A stretch of DNA of 64,000 nucleotides from Candidatus Melainabacteria bacterium 17Bon1m (lineage in GTDB: Bacteria; Cyanobacteriota; Vampirovibrionia; Obscuribacterales; Obscuribacteraceae). The DNA lies in contig JAVLKG010000004.1 in the NCBI GenBank assembly GCA_032128875.1, positions 320,001-384,000 on the forward strand, read 5' to 3'. The translations under genes were made by a program, and so were the position numbers. Positions 48,062 through 57,729 of this stretch are shown here, piece by piece (position 1 is the first letter of the stretch; each line of letters opens with the position of its first letter). The notes below the pieces were generated by a model, which saw only the letters and a program-made list of their open reading frames with translations, did no database searches and was not told the origin of the DNA.

Positions 48062-48637
48062 TTGGACAGAAAGGTCTTAGCTGTAGTACTTGCCGCCGGC
48101 GCTTCAAGGCGTTTTGGAAGTCCAAAGCAGCTTGCTGTCTTTGGTAATCAAACGTTGGTCGAACATATCCAAGCAGTATTGCTCGGCAGCTCTGTTGACG
48201 AAGTTTGCGTTATTGTCGGATGTAGCGCTGAAGCGGTCCGCTCCTATATTTTGCCCGGTGTGAAAGTTTTGCATAACGAACAATGGGATGAAGGTATTGC
48301 CGCATCGATTCGATGTGCAGCCCATTATGCCGATAAGACACAGAGCTCTCATCTGTTTCTGTTTGCCTGCGACCAACCCTTCGTGACTCCATGCCTGGTA
48401 GACAAAATGGTGGGCTTATCGAAGTTTGAGCCTGACAAAATCGTTGCTTGTAAATACGGTGATTCTGTCGGCGTTCCTGCCCTTTTTTCAAATAACTATT
48501 TCGAGGTACTGAGCTCTCTTCGGGGAGACTCAGGCGCAAAATCCATCATCAAGAAAGATGCAGGAGCTATATTTGTAGACTTTCCTGAAGGCGCAACAGA
48601 TGTGGACTGCCCATCTGACTTGCCTCTTCAAATTTAA
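48062..48637 (+). CDS. mocA: Molybdenum cofactor cytidylyltransferase (MocA-like)
   Basis: VLAAGASRRFGSPKQL, CDQP, GVPALF, GDSGA, DVD; located in the xanthine-oxidase-family operon. Confidence 0.88.
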   Translation: MDRKVLAVVLAAGASRRFGSPKQLAVFGNQTLVEHIQAVLLGSSVDEVCVIVGCSAEAVRSYILPGVKVLHNEQWDEGIAASIRCAAHYADKTQSSHLFLFACDQPFVTPCLVDKMVGLSKFEPDKIVACKYGDSVGVPALFSNNYFEVLSSLRGDSGAKSIIKKDAGAIFVDFPEGATDVDCPSDLPLQI

Positions 48638-48722
48638 CCAAATAGTTGAGTGAAGCGGGATATTTTTCCTGAAAAGGCAGTCCTCTCAGGATGGAGTATT
48701 CGCGTTAGAGAGGGACTCACTA

Positions 48723-49586
48723 ATGATTTTGGTAACTGGTGCCTGTGGGCGTGTAGGTGGTCGCGTAGCAGAAATTCTTGCTGACAAACAAATTCCATTT
48801 CGTGCGATGTCTCGTACACCTGACAAGCTGAGAAAATCTGAAATTGTAGATGTTATCTACGGCGATTTCGAAGATCCAAATTCCCTGGATAAGGCATTTG
48901 ATGGAGTCAGGACAGCCCTGGTTATTTCCGGAAAGGCAATGCCCGGCAAACGCTGCTTTACTCACAAAATGGCCTTTGATGCCGCCAAACGTGCTGGTGT
49001 TGAACATATCATCTATTTGTCTTTACTTGGTTCGAGCGCCAATTCTGTCTATGGCTATTGCCGCGATCACTATGAAAGTGAAAGGTTTTTGGCAGAGACA
49101 GGGATTTCTTTTACATCCTTACGCAATGCCTTTTATCTCGATATGTTTTTTGAGAAATTCGGAATCGATGGAATCTTGAGAGGTCCGGCTGCGGACGGGA
49201 AGGGTGCGTTCATAACGCGTGAAGACGTAGCGCAGGTTGCTGCTGCTGCTTTATTGAACCCGCCAGTTGGTGTTGTGGAAATAACGGGACCTGAAGCTTT
49301 AGGACTTAAAGACATTGCAGAGCGCTTTTCCCATCTCACTGGTACAAAGTTGCAATACGATGCAGAAACTATTGATGTCGCTCGTTCGCGAATGCAGGGC
49401 GCATTGAATGATGAGTGGAAGCGCGAGTTAGAAATCGAATGGTTCGATGCGATCGCGCAAGGTGAGCAATTACCGGTCAACGGAAATTTCAAAGCGATGA
49501 CCGGGTTAGAGCCTTATTCGATAGAACAGTATTTCGAAGAGTTTCCACACTTGTTCGATATTTTGAGAACCAGGCGAGCCGCTTAA
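48723..49586 (+). CDS. NmrA-like NAD(P)H-binding oxidoreductase (atypical SDR)
   Basis: ILVTGACGRVG, GVEHIIYLS, LRNAFY, ITGPEAL. Confidence 0.92.
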   Translation: MILVTGACGRVGGRVAEILADKQIPFRAMSRTPDKLRKSEIVDVIYGDFEDPNSLDKAFDGVRTALVISGKAMPGKRCFTHKMAFDAAKRAGVEHIIYLSLLGSSANSVYGYCRDHYESERFLAETGISFTSLRNAFYLDMFFEKFGIDGILRGPAADGKGAFITREDVAQVAAAALLNPPVGVVEITGPEALGLKDIAERFSHLTGTKLQYDAETIDVARSRMQGALNDEWKRELEIEWFDAIAQGEQLPVNGNFKAMTGLEPYSIEQYFEEFPHLFDILRTRRAA

Positions 49587-49805
49587 AGTTGCTGTTGTCA
49601 TGTACTGCTTTCTTTCCGCCTGTCATGCGTTTCGTCGAGTTTTTCGCTGGAGTGTATAGCGAAATTTCGCACAGCGTATTGACGCTATATATAGGTATGC
49701 ACCCTGTTGTCAATAACAGTATTACAGTTTTGTCATGCTATTCACTTGATTAGCCTGGATAATCGGTCTCTTAGGCGATACAGCTGACTCGACAACCGGA
49801 CGCAC

Positions 49806-50585
49806 ATGCATAACAGTCGACTCTATAAAAACAGATACTTCGCACTTCTGGCTTCAATTCTTGCGCTGACAATTTTGGCGCCGATAGTTGAGCATGGATT
49901 TTGGGCGCGCATGTTGATCGGGTCACTTATGTTCGTCGCATTGTGGACGGGTTCGGTCGCAGTGAGCACGAAGGGCAATGTTTCGGGTTGGTCAATTGCA
50001 CTGGCGACTCTTGCGTCTTTCTTGTGGGCCATTGGGTTTTTCGCTGAGTCTTTGCCCGTGAATGCCGTCTATCTGCACTATATTACCTACACCGTTTTGC
50101 TCGTTTTCTTCGGAAATGTTGGACGGTTGATGCTTGAAGATATTCTTCAAGGCGAGATCAATTTCAATCGTATTTGCGGTGGCGTTTGTGTTTTTGTTTT
50201 GATCGGACTTTGCTTTGCGATGCTGCACATGACTGTTGCCGCGGGCGACTCCAAAGCATACAGAGACAATTTCGATCCTTCCTCAAACTTTGCGGATTCG
50301 CTTTCTCACGAGTATAGATATCCAATTTTTGTCTATTTCAGTTTTTGCACACTTTCGACTGTTGGCTATGGAGACATAGTTCCGGTCAGCCGTTTAGCGC
50401 GCTCTTGCGCTATGTTGGAATCAGTTACCGGACAGCTTTATCTTGCAATCTTGGTGGCGCGTTTGGTTGGGTTGCATATCGCGACCACGTCCAGAGGTCA
50501 GTCGACAACTGGTACTTTTGAAGTTTTAGAAACGGTGGAGACAGACGAAAAGCGCAGGCGTTTGGAAGAAACGCTTCGCAAGTAG
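49806..50585 (+). CDS. Potassium channel family protein
   Basis: Selectivity filter TLSTVGYGDI, YFSF pore helix, GQLYLAILVARLVG, several N-terminal TMs. Confidence 0.93.
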   Translation: MHNSRLYKNRYFALLASILALTILAPIVEHGFWARMLIGSLMFVALWTGSVAVSTKGNVSGWSIALATLASFLWAIGFFAESLPVNAVYLHYITYTVLLVFFGNVGRLMLEDILQGEINFNRICGGVCVFVLIGLCFAMLHMTVAAGDSKAYRDNFDPSSNFADSLSHEYRYPIFVYFSFCTLSTVGYGDIVPVSRLARSCAMLESVTGQLYLAILVARLVGLHIATTSRGQSTTGTFEVLETVETDEKRRRLEETLRK

Positions 50586-50608
50586 ATTTTGTATTCCCAA
50601 CTGAATGA

Positions 50609-50637
50609 TTGACTACCGTACGGAGGTATGGTAGCAT
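50609..50637 (+). promoter_or_regulatory. Sigma70-like promoter with an overlapping palindromic (LexA-like) operator
   Basis: TTGACT-N17-TAGCAT; the inverted repeat CTACCGTAC-ggag-GTATGGTAG (50613-50634) fills the spacer. Confidence 0.65.
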
Positions 50638-50643
50638 CACAAA

Positions 50644-51048
50644 TTGGATACTCTGTTTGTTTCAGCTTCCAAGATGTTTCTCCCAGGTGCGCGATCTTCA
50701 GCAGGTTTCCCTTCTCCTGCGGATGACTATTTAGAGAAAACCCTAGACCTCAACGAGCTTCTCATAAGCAATAAGGTTGCCACCTTTTTTATGAGAGTCG
50801 AAGGCGATTCACTTAAACCCAGTGGAATACGCCATGGCGATATGCTCATTGTTGATAGATCTATCAATCCAACGCACGGCAAAATTGTCGTTGCCGTAGT
50901 ATCAGGTGAATTGGTTATTCGCAGGGTAGAGTCTCGCGATGGAAAACTTGTACTGACCTCCGATGATGCATCTGTCAAACACGAAGTGATTGATGGAGAA
51001 GAGATTCAAGTCTGGGGAGTCGCGACATCTTCGGTTCACGTTCTCTAG
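50644..51048 (+). CDS. umuD: UmuD/LexA-like S24 protein (Pol V subunit)
   Basis: [10 protein letters not shown] cleavage region, [29 protein letters not shown]; adjacent to umuC. Confidence 0.93.
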   Translation: MDTLFVSASKMFLPGARSSAGFPSPADDYLEKTLDLNELLISNKVATFFMRVEGDSLKPSGIRHGDMLIVDRSINPTHGKIVVAVVSGELVIRRVESRDGKLVLTSDDASVKHEVIDGEEIQVWGVATSSVHVL

Positions 51049-51052
51049 TGCT

Positions 51053-52324
51053 ATGGGCAGCGAGAAGTACGCGCTAATCGACTGCAACAACTTTTATGTT
51101 TCGTGCGAACGTCTCTTCGATCCGAAGTTGGAAGGCAAACCTGTAGTGGTGCTTTCTAACAATGATGGTTGCGTCGTGTCGCGCTCCAATGAGGCGAAAG
51201 AAATTGGTGTGGCAATGGGCGTGCCATACTTCAAAGTTGCATACCTGGAAAAACAAAAAGGACTGATCGCTCGTTCGTCCAACTATGCCCTTTATGGCGA
51301 AATGTCATCTCGCGTAATGAAGCTGCTCAGTGGATTTGCGCCGGGACAGGAAGTTTATTCCATTGACGAATGTTTCTTATCTGTCGGTGGACTACCAAAT
51401 GCGGTGCAAACTGGACGGGAGCTGAAGGCGATAGTTAAGCAGTATCTTGGATTGCCGGTTTGCGTTGGTATTGCACCGACAAAAACTTTGGCGAAACTTA
51501 GCAACAACATTGCTAAATCTACTCCGCGATTTAATGGGGTTTTCGATTACACGGCTCTGTCAGAGGAAAAGCAAGCTCAAGTTCTAAAGGCGATGGCCGT
51601 TTCAAAAGTTTGGGGCATCGGCAGAAATCTGACTGAAAAACTGCAGGGGAGAGGAATTTATACTGCATTTGATTTGCGGCAAGCCGACGCTGACCAGATT
51701 GGAAAACTTTTCAGCGTGGTGGTGAAAAGAACAATTCTCGAATTACGAGGTGAAGCCTGTATTGGTTTAGAACATGTCGGCGAAGCAAGAAAGCAAATTT
51801 TATCGTCGCGTTCTTTTGGAAGAAACGTTTTTGAACTTTCAGAACTGGAAGAAGCCGTCGCTCAGTATGCCACACGCGCCTGCGAAAAACTTCGGCGTGA
51901 TTGCTCTGTTGCATCTGAGGTTCAGGTCTCTGTACGAACAAGCGCCTATTCCGACAATAGCTTTGCTGATTCGAAAGTTATTGTTTTGCCGTATGCCACC
52001 GATGACACTATCGTTTTAGTCAAGACTGCGATCGAGGCTCTGAGACAGGTTTATCAAAAAGGGTATTCCTATCAGAAAGCGTCAGTCTCTTTTGGAAAAG
52101 TGCAGCCTAAAGAAGGCAGACAAATATCACTCTTTGCACCAAGTGGTGCTGAAGAAAAGTCAGAAAAGATGATGAAGGCTCTAGACGCAGCAAATTCGCG
52201 ATGGGGACGCGGCACCATTTTTCTTGCAGCCGAAGGGATCGAAAAACCTTGGCAGATGAAAGCCGAACATAAGAGTCCTGCATACGTTTCCGATTGGAAT
52301 GACTTGCCGCGCGTCAAGGCATAA
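51053..52324 (+). CDS. umuC: Y-family DNA polymerase V catalytic subunit
   Basis: [40 protein letters not shown]-terminal W.MK...SP.Y...W. Confidence 0.96.
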   Translation: MGSEKYALIDCNNFYVSCERLFDPKLEGKPVVVLSNNDGCVVSRSNEAKEIGVAMGVPYFKVAYLEKQKGLIARSSNYALYGEMSSRVMKLLSGFAPGQEVYSIDECFLSVGGLPNAVQTGRELKAIVKQYLGLPVCVGIAPTKTLAKLSNNIAKSTPRFNGVFDYTALSEEKQAQVLKAMAVSKVWGIGRNLTEKLQGRGIYTAFDLRQADADQIGKLFSVVVKRTILELRGEACIGLEHVGEARKQILSSRSFGRNVFELSELEEAVAQYATRACEKLRRDCSVASEVQVSVRTSAYSDNSFADSKVIVLPYATDDTIVLVKTAIEALRQVYQKGYSYQKASVSFGKVQPKEGRQISLFAPSGAEEKSEKMMKALDAANSRWGRGTIFLAAEGIEKPWQMKAEHKSPAYVSDWNDLPRVKA

Positions 52325-52940
52325 CGCTTTGATTTGCGGATTCGTGTTTTAGTATCTTCGCGATTTCTTCGATTTGCGTGCGGTGTATGCTTTGGTGTGC
52401 TCCAGCAAACACCAACCACTTCCTGGCATTTAGCGGACCGAACCATGGGTGGCTGTATGTAGTCTCTGGAAAAGCATCAATCTTTGCGGTTTCGGCTGTG
52501 CGTACAAACTTTTGAGTCATTTGCTCAAATCGCGCAAGCAAGCCATCTGTATTAACCTCTGGATTCGGTTTTAAATCAGCAATAGTACTTCCCGGCAGAT
52601 CTGCCCGTCCATTTGATAGCGATAGTAGTACGCCTCTGATAGACGTTCCTGCAATGATCATGTGTTCGAGTGCCATTGCAACAGACCAAAATCTGGAGTT
52701 ATCTTCCAATCCTCGTAGTCTTTTGATCAACCTTTTCTCGCGTAATTCTTGCTCAGTTAGCTGACTTACAATTTGCAAAACCGCTTCTGACTCCTCTGCG
52801 AAATTGGCAATTGCTTTGGCATTGTCAATGGTGGCAAACCTGCGAGGAAAAATCAGATACTTTGCGATAAACCATTCGTGAAATGGCAGACCTGCACCTG
52901 GCTTGCCCAGCGCCGGCGCCGTGCTGGATTGAGTGCTCAT
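52314..52940 (-). CDS. DinB superfamily protein
   Basis: [16 protein letters not shown]...W...HQSIH metal-triad pattern. Confidence 0.88.
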   Translation of the reverse strand: MSTQSSTAPALGKPGAGLPFHEWFIAKYLIFPRRFATIDNAKAIANFAEESEAVLQIVSQLTEQELREKRLIKRLRGLEDNSRFWSVAMALEHMIIAGTSIRGVLLSLSNGRADLPGSTIADLKPNPEVNTDGLLARFEQMTQKFVRTAETAKIDAFPETTYSHPWFGPLNARKWLVFAGAHQSIHRTQIEEIAKILKHESANQSVMP

Positions 52941-52951
52941 GGTTGTTTCCT

Positions 52952-53482
52952 CTAACTCTGGGGAATTGCTTTCTTGTATCCGAGTACTTCGAAATCAGGA
53001 CTAGGGGTAAAGTCGATGTCTGGGAATCTTTCGTATCCTCTTCGCTCGTACATCGCTTTTGCTGTTTGCATCAAATTTGTCGTGTGCAATGTAATATGAT
53101 CAAATCCTTGCGACTTGACCCATTCTTCGCACGCGTTAATGAGTTCTCCACCTATTTTGTAATTGCGATAATCAGGCAAAACGGCTAGCAAACGCATCTC
53201 TGGATAGGGGTTTTTGACTAGCTTTGCGCCCATCTTCCATTCATAGGGAGCACAGATTATCGCGCTTCCTACAATTTTTCCATCCATCTCAGCAATGACT
53301 CGTGCCAATAGTGAACCGGCAAGAATGGTCTTTCGTGTGTCCTGCTCGTAGCGATCCCAGTATTCAGGGCTACGGGAGCCCGCGTATTCGCTGTAGGCGG
53401 TACGTGTAATGTCTGCCATTGCTTCGTGCTCGTGGCTGAGAGCTTGTCTGATTTTGATTTCTGTCTGCATTATTTGTGCCAT
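52952..53482 (-). CDS. GNAT family N-acetyltransferase
   Basis: RLLAVLPDYRNYKIG, LHT...M..AKAMYERRGY. Confidence 0.93.
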   Translation of the reverse strand: MAQIMQTEIKIRQALSHEHEAMADITRTAYSEYAGSRSPEYWDRYEQDTRKTILAGSLLARVIAEMDGKIVGSAIICAPYEWKMGAKLVKNPYPEMRLLAVLPDYRNYKIGGELINACEEWVKSQGFDHITLHTTNLMQTAKAMYERRGYERFPDIDFTPSPDFEVLGYKKAIPQS

Positions 53483-53487
53483 CTAAT

Positions 53488-53546
53488 AAAGTACTTGCAA
53501 AATGCAAGTACTTTTATCTTAGTAAAGTTACTTGCAAATTGCAAGT
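53488..53546. promoter_or_regulatory. Two palindromic operators ACTTGCA-N3-TGCAAGT between the divergent GNAT and HxlR genes
   Basis: AAAGTACTTGCA-aaa-TGCAAGTACTTT (53488-53514, perfect 12-bp arms) and ACTTGCA-aat-TGCAAGT (53530-53546). Confidence 0.8.
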
Positions 53547-53564
53547 GCCTGTTAAAATGGATTC

Positions 53565-53999
53565 ATGGCAAATCCCGAAGCGACTCCTAGATCTCCTTGT
53601 GTGTTCAGTAATGTCCTCGACATATTGGGCGACCGCTGGACTTTGCTGATTGTTAGAGACCTGTTCTTCTTCGGTAAGCACGAGTATAAGGAATTTTTGA
53701 GCAGTCCCGAAGCGATTGCCACAAATATTCTTGCTTCACGACTGCAGAAGCTTGTTTGCGCGGGCATCATCGATGAGATGCCGCACCCGGAAAACAAGTC
53801 GCGCAAGCTGTATTTCCTTACTGAGCGCGGTAAAGACTTGCTGCCCATGCTCATTGAAATGGCGAAATGGGGCGAGAAACATTTGACAGAGACAGAAGTA
53901 ATGCGCCCTTTGTTTGAAGTGATTCGCAGGGATGCGGCGGCGTTTCAGCGCAAAGTTCTCAGAGATTTGAAAAACTGGGAAAAAGCGCATCTCGCCTGA
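53565..53999 (+). CDS. HxlR-family winged-helix transcriptional regulator
   Basis: RSPC...LDILGDRWTLLIVRDL, IATNILASRL, YFLTERGKDL, WGE. Confidence 0.95.
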   Translation: MANPEATPRSPCVFSNVLDILGDRWTLLIVRDLFFFGKHEYKEFLSSPEAIATNILASRLQKLVCAGIIDEMPHPENKSRKLYFLTERGKDLLPMLIEMAKWGEKHLTETEVMRPLFEVIRRDAAAFQRKVLRDLKNWEKAHLA

Positions 54000-54002
54000 C
54001 TT

Positions 54003-54191
54003 TTAGAAAGTTCTGGTGACCTGACCGAATCGACCATTCACTGTGTCTTTCGCTGGTATGTTCTTGCTGTCGATGTACAGCATTTTGCCGCTGAATCCAA
54101 CAAATACACCGTATGCAAATGCGAACAGAACTATCGTTGCGATCATTGATACTGTCTGTGAGTTTTCAAATAGCGTTTTAGTCTTGTCCAT
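54003..54191 (-). CDS. 62-aa single-TM small protein
   Basis: One hydrophobic helix preceded by NSQTVSM. Confidence 0.6.
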   Translation of the reverse strand: MDKTKTLFENSQTVSMIATIVLFAFAYGVFVGFSGKMLYIDSKNIPAKDTVNGRFGQVTRTF

Positions 54192-54343
54192 TTTTCTGCC
54201 CAGCCCTGAGCTGCTAATTCGATTATAGAATCCGCAAAACGCTCTGGCGCGCCTTCATACGGCGTTTTTACGCTGAGCTTGAATGTTTTGATACTTTTTT
54301 GACGACAATGAAAATGTCTCGCGGGCAAAGCTTATTTTGTGAT

Positions 54344-54775
54344 CTAAATGTGATCGTTGAAGGACAGTTCAAATACAAACTCCGGTTCTTTATTTATGTC
54401 GGTATAGCGAATCCAATTCGGAACCACTCTAAAGTAGCGTTGGTAGTCCAGGTGAGCGTATTTCTCTGAGCCTGGATTTTTCTTCAGGTGGATCTCCTGA
54501 TACTCCTTCAGTTTGTCCGCTTCTACCTCAATTGCTCGCCCCTCATATTGGACTGTGACACCAGTGTCCCAACCTATAACGATTGAAGTGTTAGAATTCG
54601 CCAGCAAATTGCGATATTTCCGCGTGGTGCTAAATGTAGCGAAGATCAATTCGAAGTCATCTTTTACCGAAAATACAACAACTGCTGATTGCGGATGTCC
54701 TTCCCACAAGCTGGAGACAACAGCAAGAGATTGATCTCGAATAAATTCGGCTACTAGTTTTTCTCGATCATTCAT
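54344..54775 (-). CDS. Pyridoxamine 5'-phosphate oxidase-like (split barrel) protein
   Basis: LAVVSS, PQSAVV, TRKYRNL, TVQYEGRA. Confidence 0.88.
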   Translation of the reverse strand: MNDREKLVAEFIRDQSLAVVSSLWEGHPQSAVVVFSVKDDFELIFATFSTTRKYRNLLANSNTSIVIGWDTGVTVQYEGRAIEVEADKLKEYQEIHLKKNPGSEKYAHLDYQRYFRVVPNWIRYTDINKEPEFVFELSFNDHI

Positions 54776-55539
54776 TGAGCTGATTTCAGCGTCTTTTCGC
54801 CTGGGGACATTGTCTGCTTCAAACGGAAGGTGAACCAGTTTGTTTGCTTGCCGGTAAGCGAACGATCATTGCCTATCGGTTTTACGCCTTTTTCCGCATC
54901 GCGATACCAGCCTTCATCATAAGCGCCCATATCGGTGTAAATAGCGTTTTTTGCTCCAAGCTCTTTTAAATCCAATCCAAACTGAGTGAGAGTCAGAGGA
55001 GTTTTGCTCTCGAACATGACTGTTTGCCCATCTTTTAGTTTTGCAATGGCCCGGCGTTGGAAAAGCGTCTTGTCTTTGAAATGAGCCGGAACCCCATTCT
55101 CCACTACTAAAAACTGTTGAAAAAGCGAAGCGCGTTTTTCAGAGAGATCTTTCAAAAACTCAGGAGTAAATATCTTTCCTTTGTTTGTTGAGATCATCTC
55201 AATAGAACCGTTGCAAATTACACCGGCACCACCGCAAGCGTTTGACACAAAATGTTTGTGGTGCAATCGTCCATCAGACATGTAAATGCCATCGATCGAA
55301 CCAACGTAGCTCGTAAACGCGCATGGAATACATAACATTACTGAATTGTCCGATTGTTTTGGGCGTTTTAGTTCGAAAGACGCTTTTAACGGACCTTGAT
55401 AAAACATTGTGTAGTCGACGCCGGAAGAGGCCTTGGCTGATTTAATCTCCAGGCTATCGCCCTTTGCCCAGGTGGGGGTTGAAACACTTACAAGGGTTGA
55501 AAAGAATGTCGCAAGAACCAATATTACTCGAGTATTCAA
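54772..55539 (-). CDS. Secreted hypothetical protein, possibly phosphodiester-glycosidase (NAGPA)-like
   Basis: Signal peptide; FQQFLVVENG...RRAIA...LKELGAKNAIYTDMG loosely resembles the NAGPA-type C-terminus. Confidence 0.65.
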   Translation of the reverse strand: MNTRVILVLATFFSTLVSVSTPTWAKGDSLEIKSAKASSGVDYTMFYQGPLKASFELKRPKQSDNSVMLCIPCAFTSYVGSIDGIYMSDGRLHHKHFVSNACGGAGVICNGSIEMISTNKGKIFTPEFLKDLSEKRASLFQQFLVVENGVPAHFKDKTLFQRRAIAKLKDGQTVMFESKTPLTLTQFGLDLKELGAKNAIYTDMGAYDEGWYRDAEKGVKPIGNDRSLTGKQTNWFTFRLKQTMSPGEKTLKSAQ

Positions 55540-55672
55540 ACCTAAGCTCCTCTCCGCACGTCGGGGCTAGTTTGTGCATGCTGTCAATCTTAGTCGAATT
55601 GTTCATTAAATGCCTGAATCCATTTATACTAACGATTTGCAGGCAATTTTGCTCGAAAATTTAAGGCTACCT

Positions 55673-56410
55673 ATGACGGCAAACAGCGAAAAAACGAAGC
55701 TGCTTTTATTCCTTTCGCCAGAAAGTTGCGAAGATGCATGCGTCGCGAACAGTGTCTTTAAAGACGAAGCACAAAAGATGGATCTGATCTGGACGTCCAA
55801 TTCAAAATTATTAGTAGGTTCTTTGAGCGAAAATTCTGTGTGCAATCAGGCGACACTAGAAGATTTAAAAACAGCTGATCTCGTGATCCTCTTAGATAAT
55901 TCTTCATCCAATGCTTCATCTGCATTGAAATCAAAATTTCCAGGGTGGACCGGTAAGACCGAGTCATGGGATCTTTCTTCAGGTGACGTTCAAAATATCA
56001 TTGGGCAATATGTCGGAAAAATTCTTGTCCGTTTGATTTTGCAGGGTGGAAAACGGCAGTCTTCATCGACACAAAGTGTTTCATCCAACCCAAATCTTCA
56101 CACCTCCGGTGGTGGCACAGTGGGTGGTTCTAAAGATGCAAATAATGCGGACTCAAAGAATTCAGGTTCTAAAGATTCCATTCGTGTATCTCGTGAATCT
56201 AAGGGCCGTGGTGGCAAAACTGTGACCATTGTTTCTGGTTTGACTTTGGATGATGCAAAACTTCAAGAGCTTTCAAAACGCTTGAAGCAAGTCTGCGGAA
56301 CAGGTGGAACAGTTAAAGACGGAAAGATCGAAATTCAGGGTGATCAATGCGATCGCGTATTGGCTGAGCTGCAAAATAGAGGCTACAAGGCAAAACGCTC
56401 CGGTGGATAA
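55673..56410 (+). CDS. yciH: SUI1/YciH translation initiation factor domain fused to a degenerate LMW-PTP/ArsC-like N-terminal domain
   Basis: C-terminal RESKGRGGKTVTIVSGL...LKQVCGTGGTVKDGKIEIQGD...GG; N-terminal LLFL...TLEDLKTADLVILLD...FP.W...ESW. Confidence 0.88.
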   Translation: MTANSEKTKLLLFLSPESCEDACVANSVFKDEAQKMDLIWTSNSKLLVGSLSENSVCNQATLEDLKTADLVILLDNSSSNASSALKSKFPGWTGKTESWDLSSGDVQNIIGQYVGKILVRLILQGGKRQSSSTQSVSSNPNLHTSGGGTVGGSKDANNADSKNSGSKDSIRVSRESKGRGGKTVTIVSGLTLDDAKLQELSKRLKQVCGTGGTVKDGKIEIQGDQCDRVLAELQNRGYKAKRSGG

Positions 56411-56510
56411 AGAACGGAGTCAATTGGAATCACGGTGTCCATTTTGAGAATAGAAATTATCAGTCAAATCTCACAAATCAATAGTGAAGCTATTAAGAAG
56501 CAGAAGCGGA

Positions 56511-57656
56511 CTAAGTTTCAACTTCAGGCGCGTATTCTTCTGGCGTCATGTTGAAGGTCCATGCTACAGCTTCACGGGCTGTTCGCATATTCGGCGGCAC
56601 ACGCAAAAAGTAGGTGCGAAAACTTCCGTCAGGCTCAGGTGACGAATTCGTTAAACGTACCAACATAATCGGTTCGTCATTTAATTGGTTTTTACGATAA
56701 AGAGTTCCATACCTATCGTGATGAACGATCTGTCCGCCTGTATCGAGGATGTATTTTTGAATGCCATAGCGATCGATGAGAACTCGTCTTGTTTCGACAT
56801 TATCCTGTCGCTCTATGTTCTCTACAGTAGGCTCTATTTTGATGGCATATTCGGTGGCTCTAGTATTTTTCCAAACGAAAATATCCAACCCGTCCCCATA
56901 AACAACTGCCGGACCATCGCTATGATGCGTGCGATACAGCTCGTCGACATGAAACTCAGTGGGTCTTTCGCATAAGTAGCAACAGAGTTCGGAAAACATG
57001 TACGCATGTGTTGAACGTGCAAGCTCTTGGAGAATATCTAGTCGTTTTTTGTCTTTAATCTCGATTTGAGTTTCGAAAAACTCAGCGGCCGCTCGTGCAA
57101 TCGCCAACCTGATTAGCGATGCTGAAGACCACTCAAGTTCATTAAAGAGTGGTGGCAGCGTAGACGGACTGTCCATCATGGCCTTAAGTACATCCATGAG
57201 ATTTTTTCGTTGGTCGATTTCCTCTTGTTCTTCCTGAAATGTCAGGCGCAAATCCGTTGTTACTTCGCTTCTGACCTGAAACGGCAACGATCTCACTTCT
57301 CTTTCTGGGAGAGTATCCCAAAGAGCGCGAAAGAAAGTATCGAAGTCCTCCGAGGAAATTGTTTTCTCCAGCGCCTTTCGCGAAATGGATCCACATTTAT
57401 CCTCCATTCTTGCAAGCGGAATCCAGTTATTTTGACCAGATTCTTCTGCTGCTTTCAGCAAGTCGCGGGGGTTCGAAAACCAAAGATATTTTGGTGTCGG
57501 TCTGTCAGTATCAATATAGATTTGATCTATTAAGTACTCCACTCGGGTGCGATCAATTTTGTCTGTCGACGTGTAGTTCGAAAGAATTGAGTCTCGCAAA
57601 CCATCCAAGTAGTTCTGCAAGTCTAGGGGATCGAGTTTCTGTTGCTCGGAATTCAT
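56511..57656 (-). CDS. DUF6745 domain-containing protein
   Basis: CERPTEFHVD...HHSDGPAVVYGDG, NVETRRVLIDRYG, NSSPEPDGSFRTYFLRVPP...AREAVAWTF...Y.PEVET. Confidence 0.85.
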   Translation of the reverse strand: MNSEQQKLDPLDLQNYLDGLRDSILSNYTSTDKIDRTRVEYLIDQIYIDTDRPTPKYLWFSNPRDLLKAAEESGQNNWIPLARMEDKCGSISRKALEKTISSEDFDTFFRALWDTLPEREVRSLPFQVRSEVTTDLRLTFQEEQEEIDQRKNLMDVLKAMMDSPSTLPPLFNELEWSSASLIRLAIARAAAEFFETQIEIKDKKRLDILQELARSTHAYMFSELCCYLCERPTEFHVDELYRTHHSDGPAVVYGDGLDIFVWKNTRATEYAIKIEPTVENIERQDNVETRRVLIDRYGIQKYILDTGGQIVHHDRYGTLYRKNQLNDEPIMLVRLTNSSPEPDGSFRTYFLRVPPNMRTAREAVAWTFNMTPEEYAPEVET

Positions 57657-57729
57657 TTAGATGTCTCGAATGAGCATAAGGGTCTAATGAGATTCCTAGA
57701 CTGAAATGCCCGCGCTCAGACGAGTTTAG

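Noticed and set aside
49590-49740. Several TGTCA(T/A) words as a Pho box
   Set aside because: They are not in the 11-bp direct-repeat register.
50644-52324. umuDC as a marker of a prophage or ICE
   Set aside because: No integrase, phage or conjugation genes and no att repeats seen nearby.
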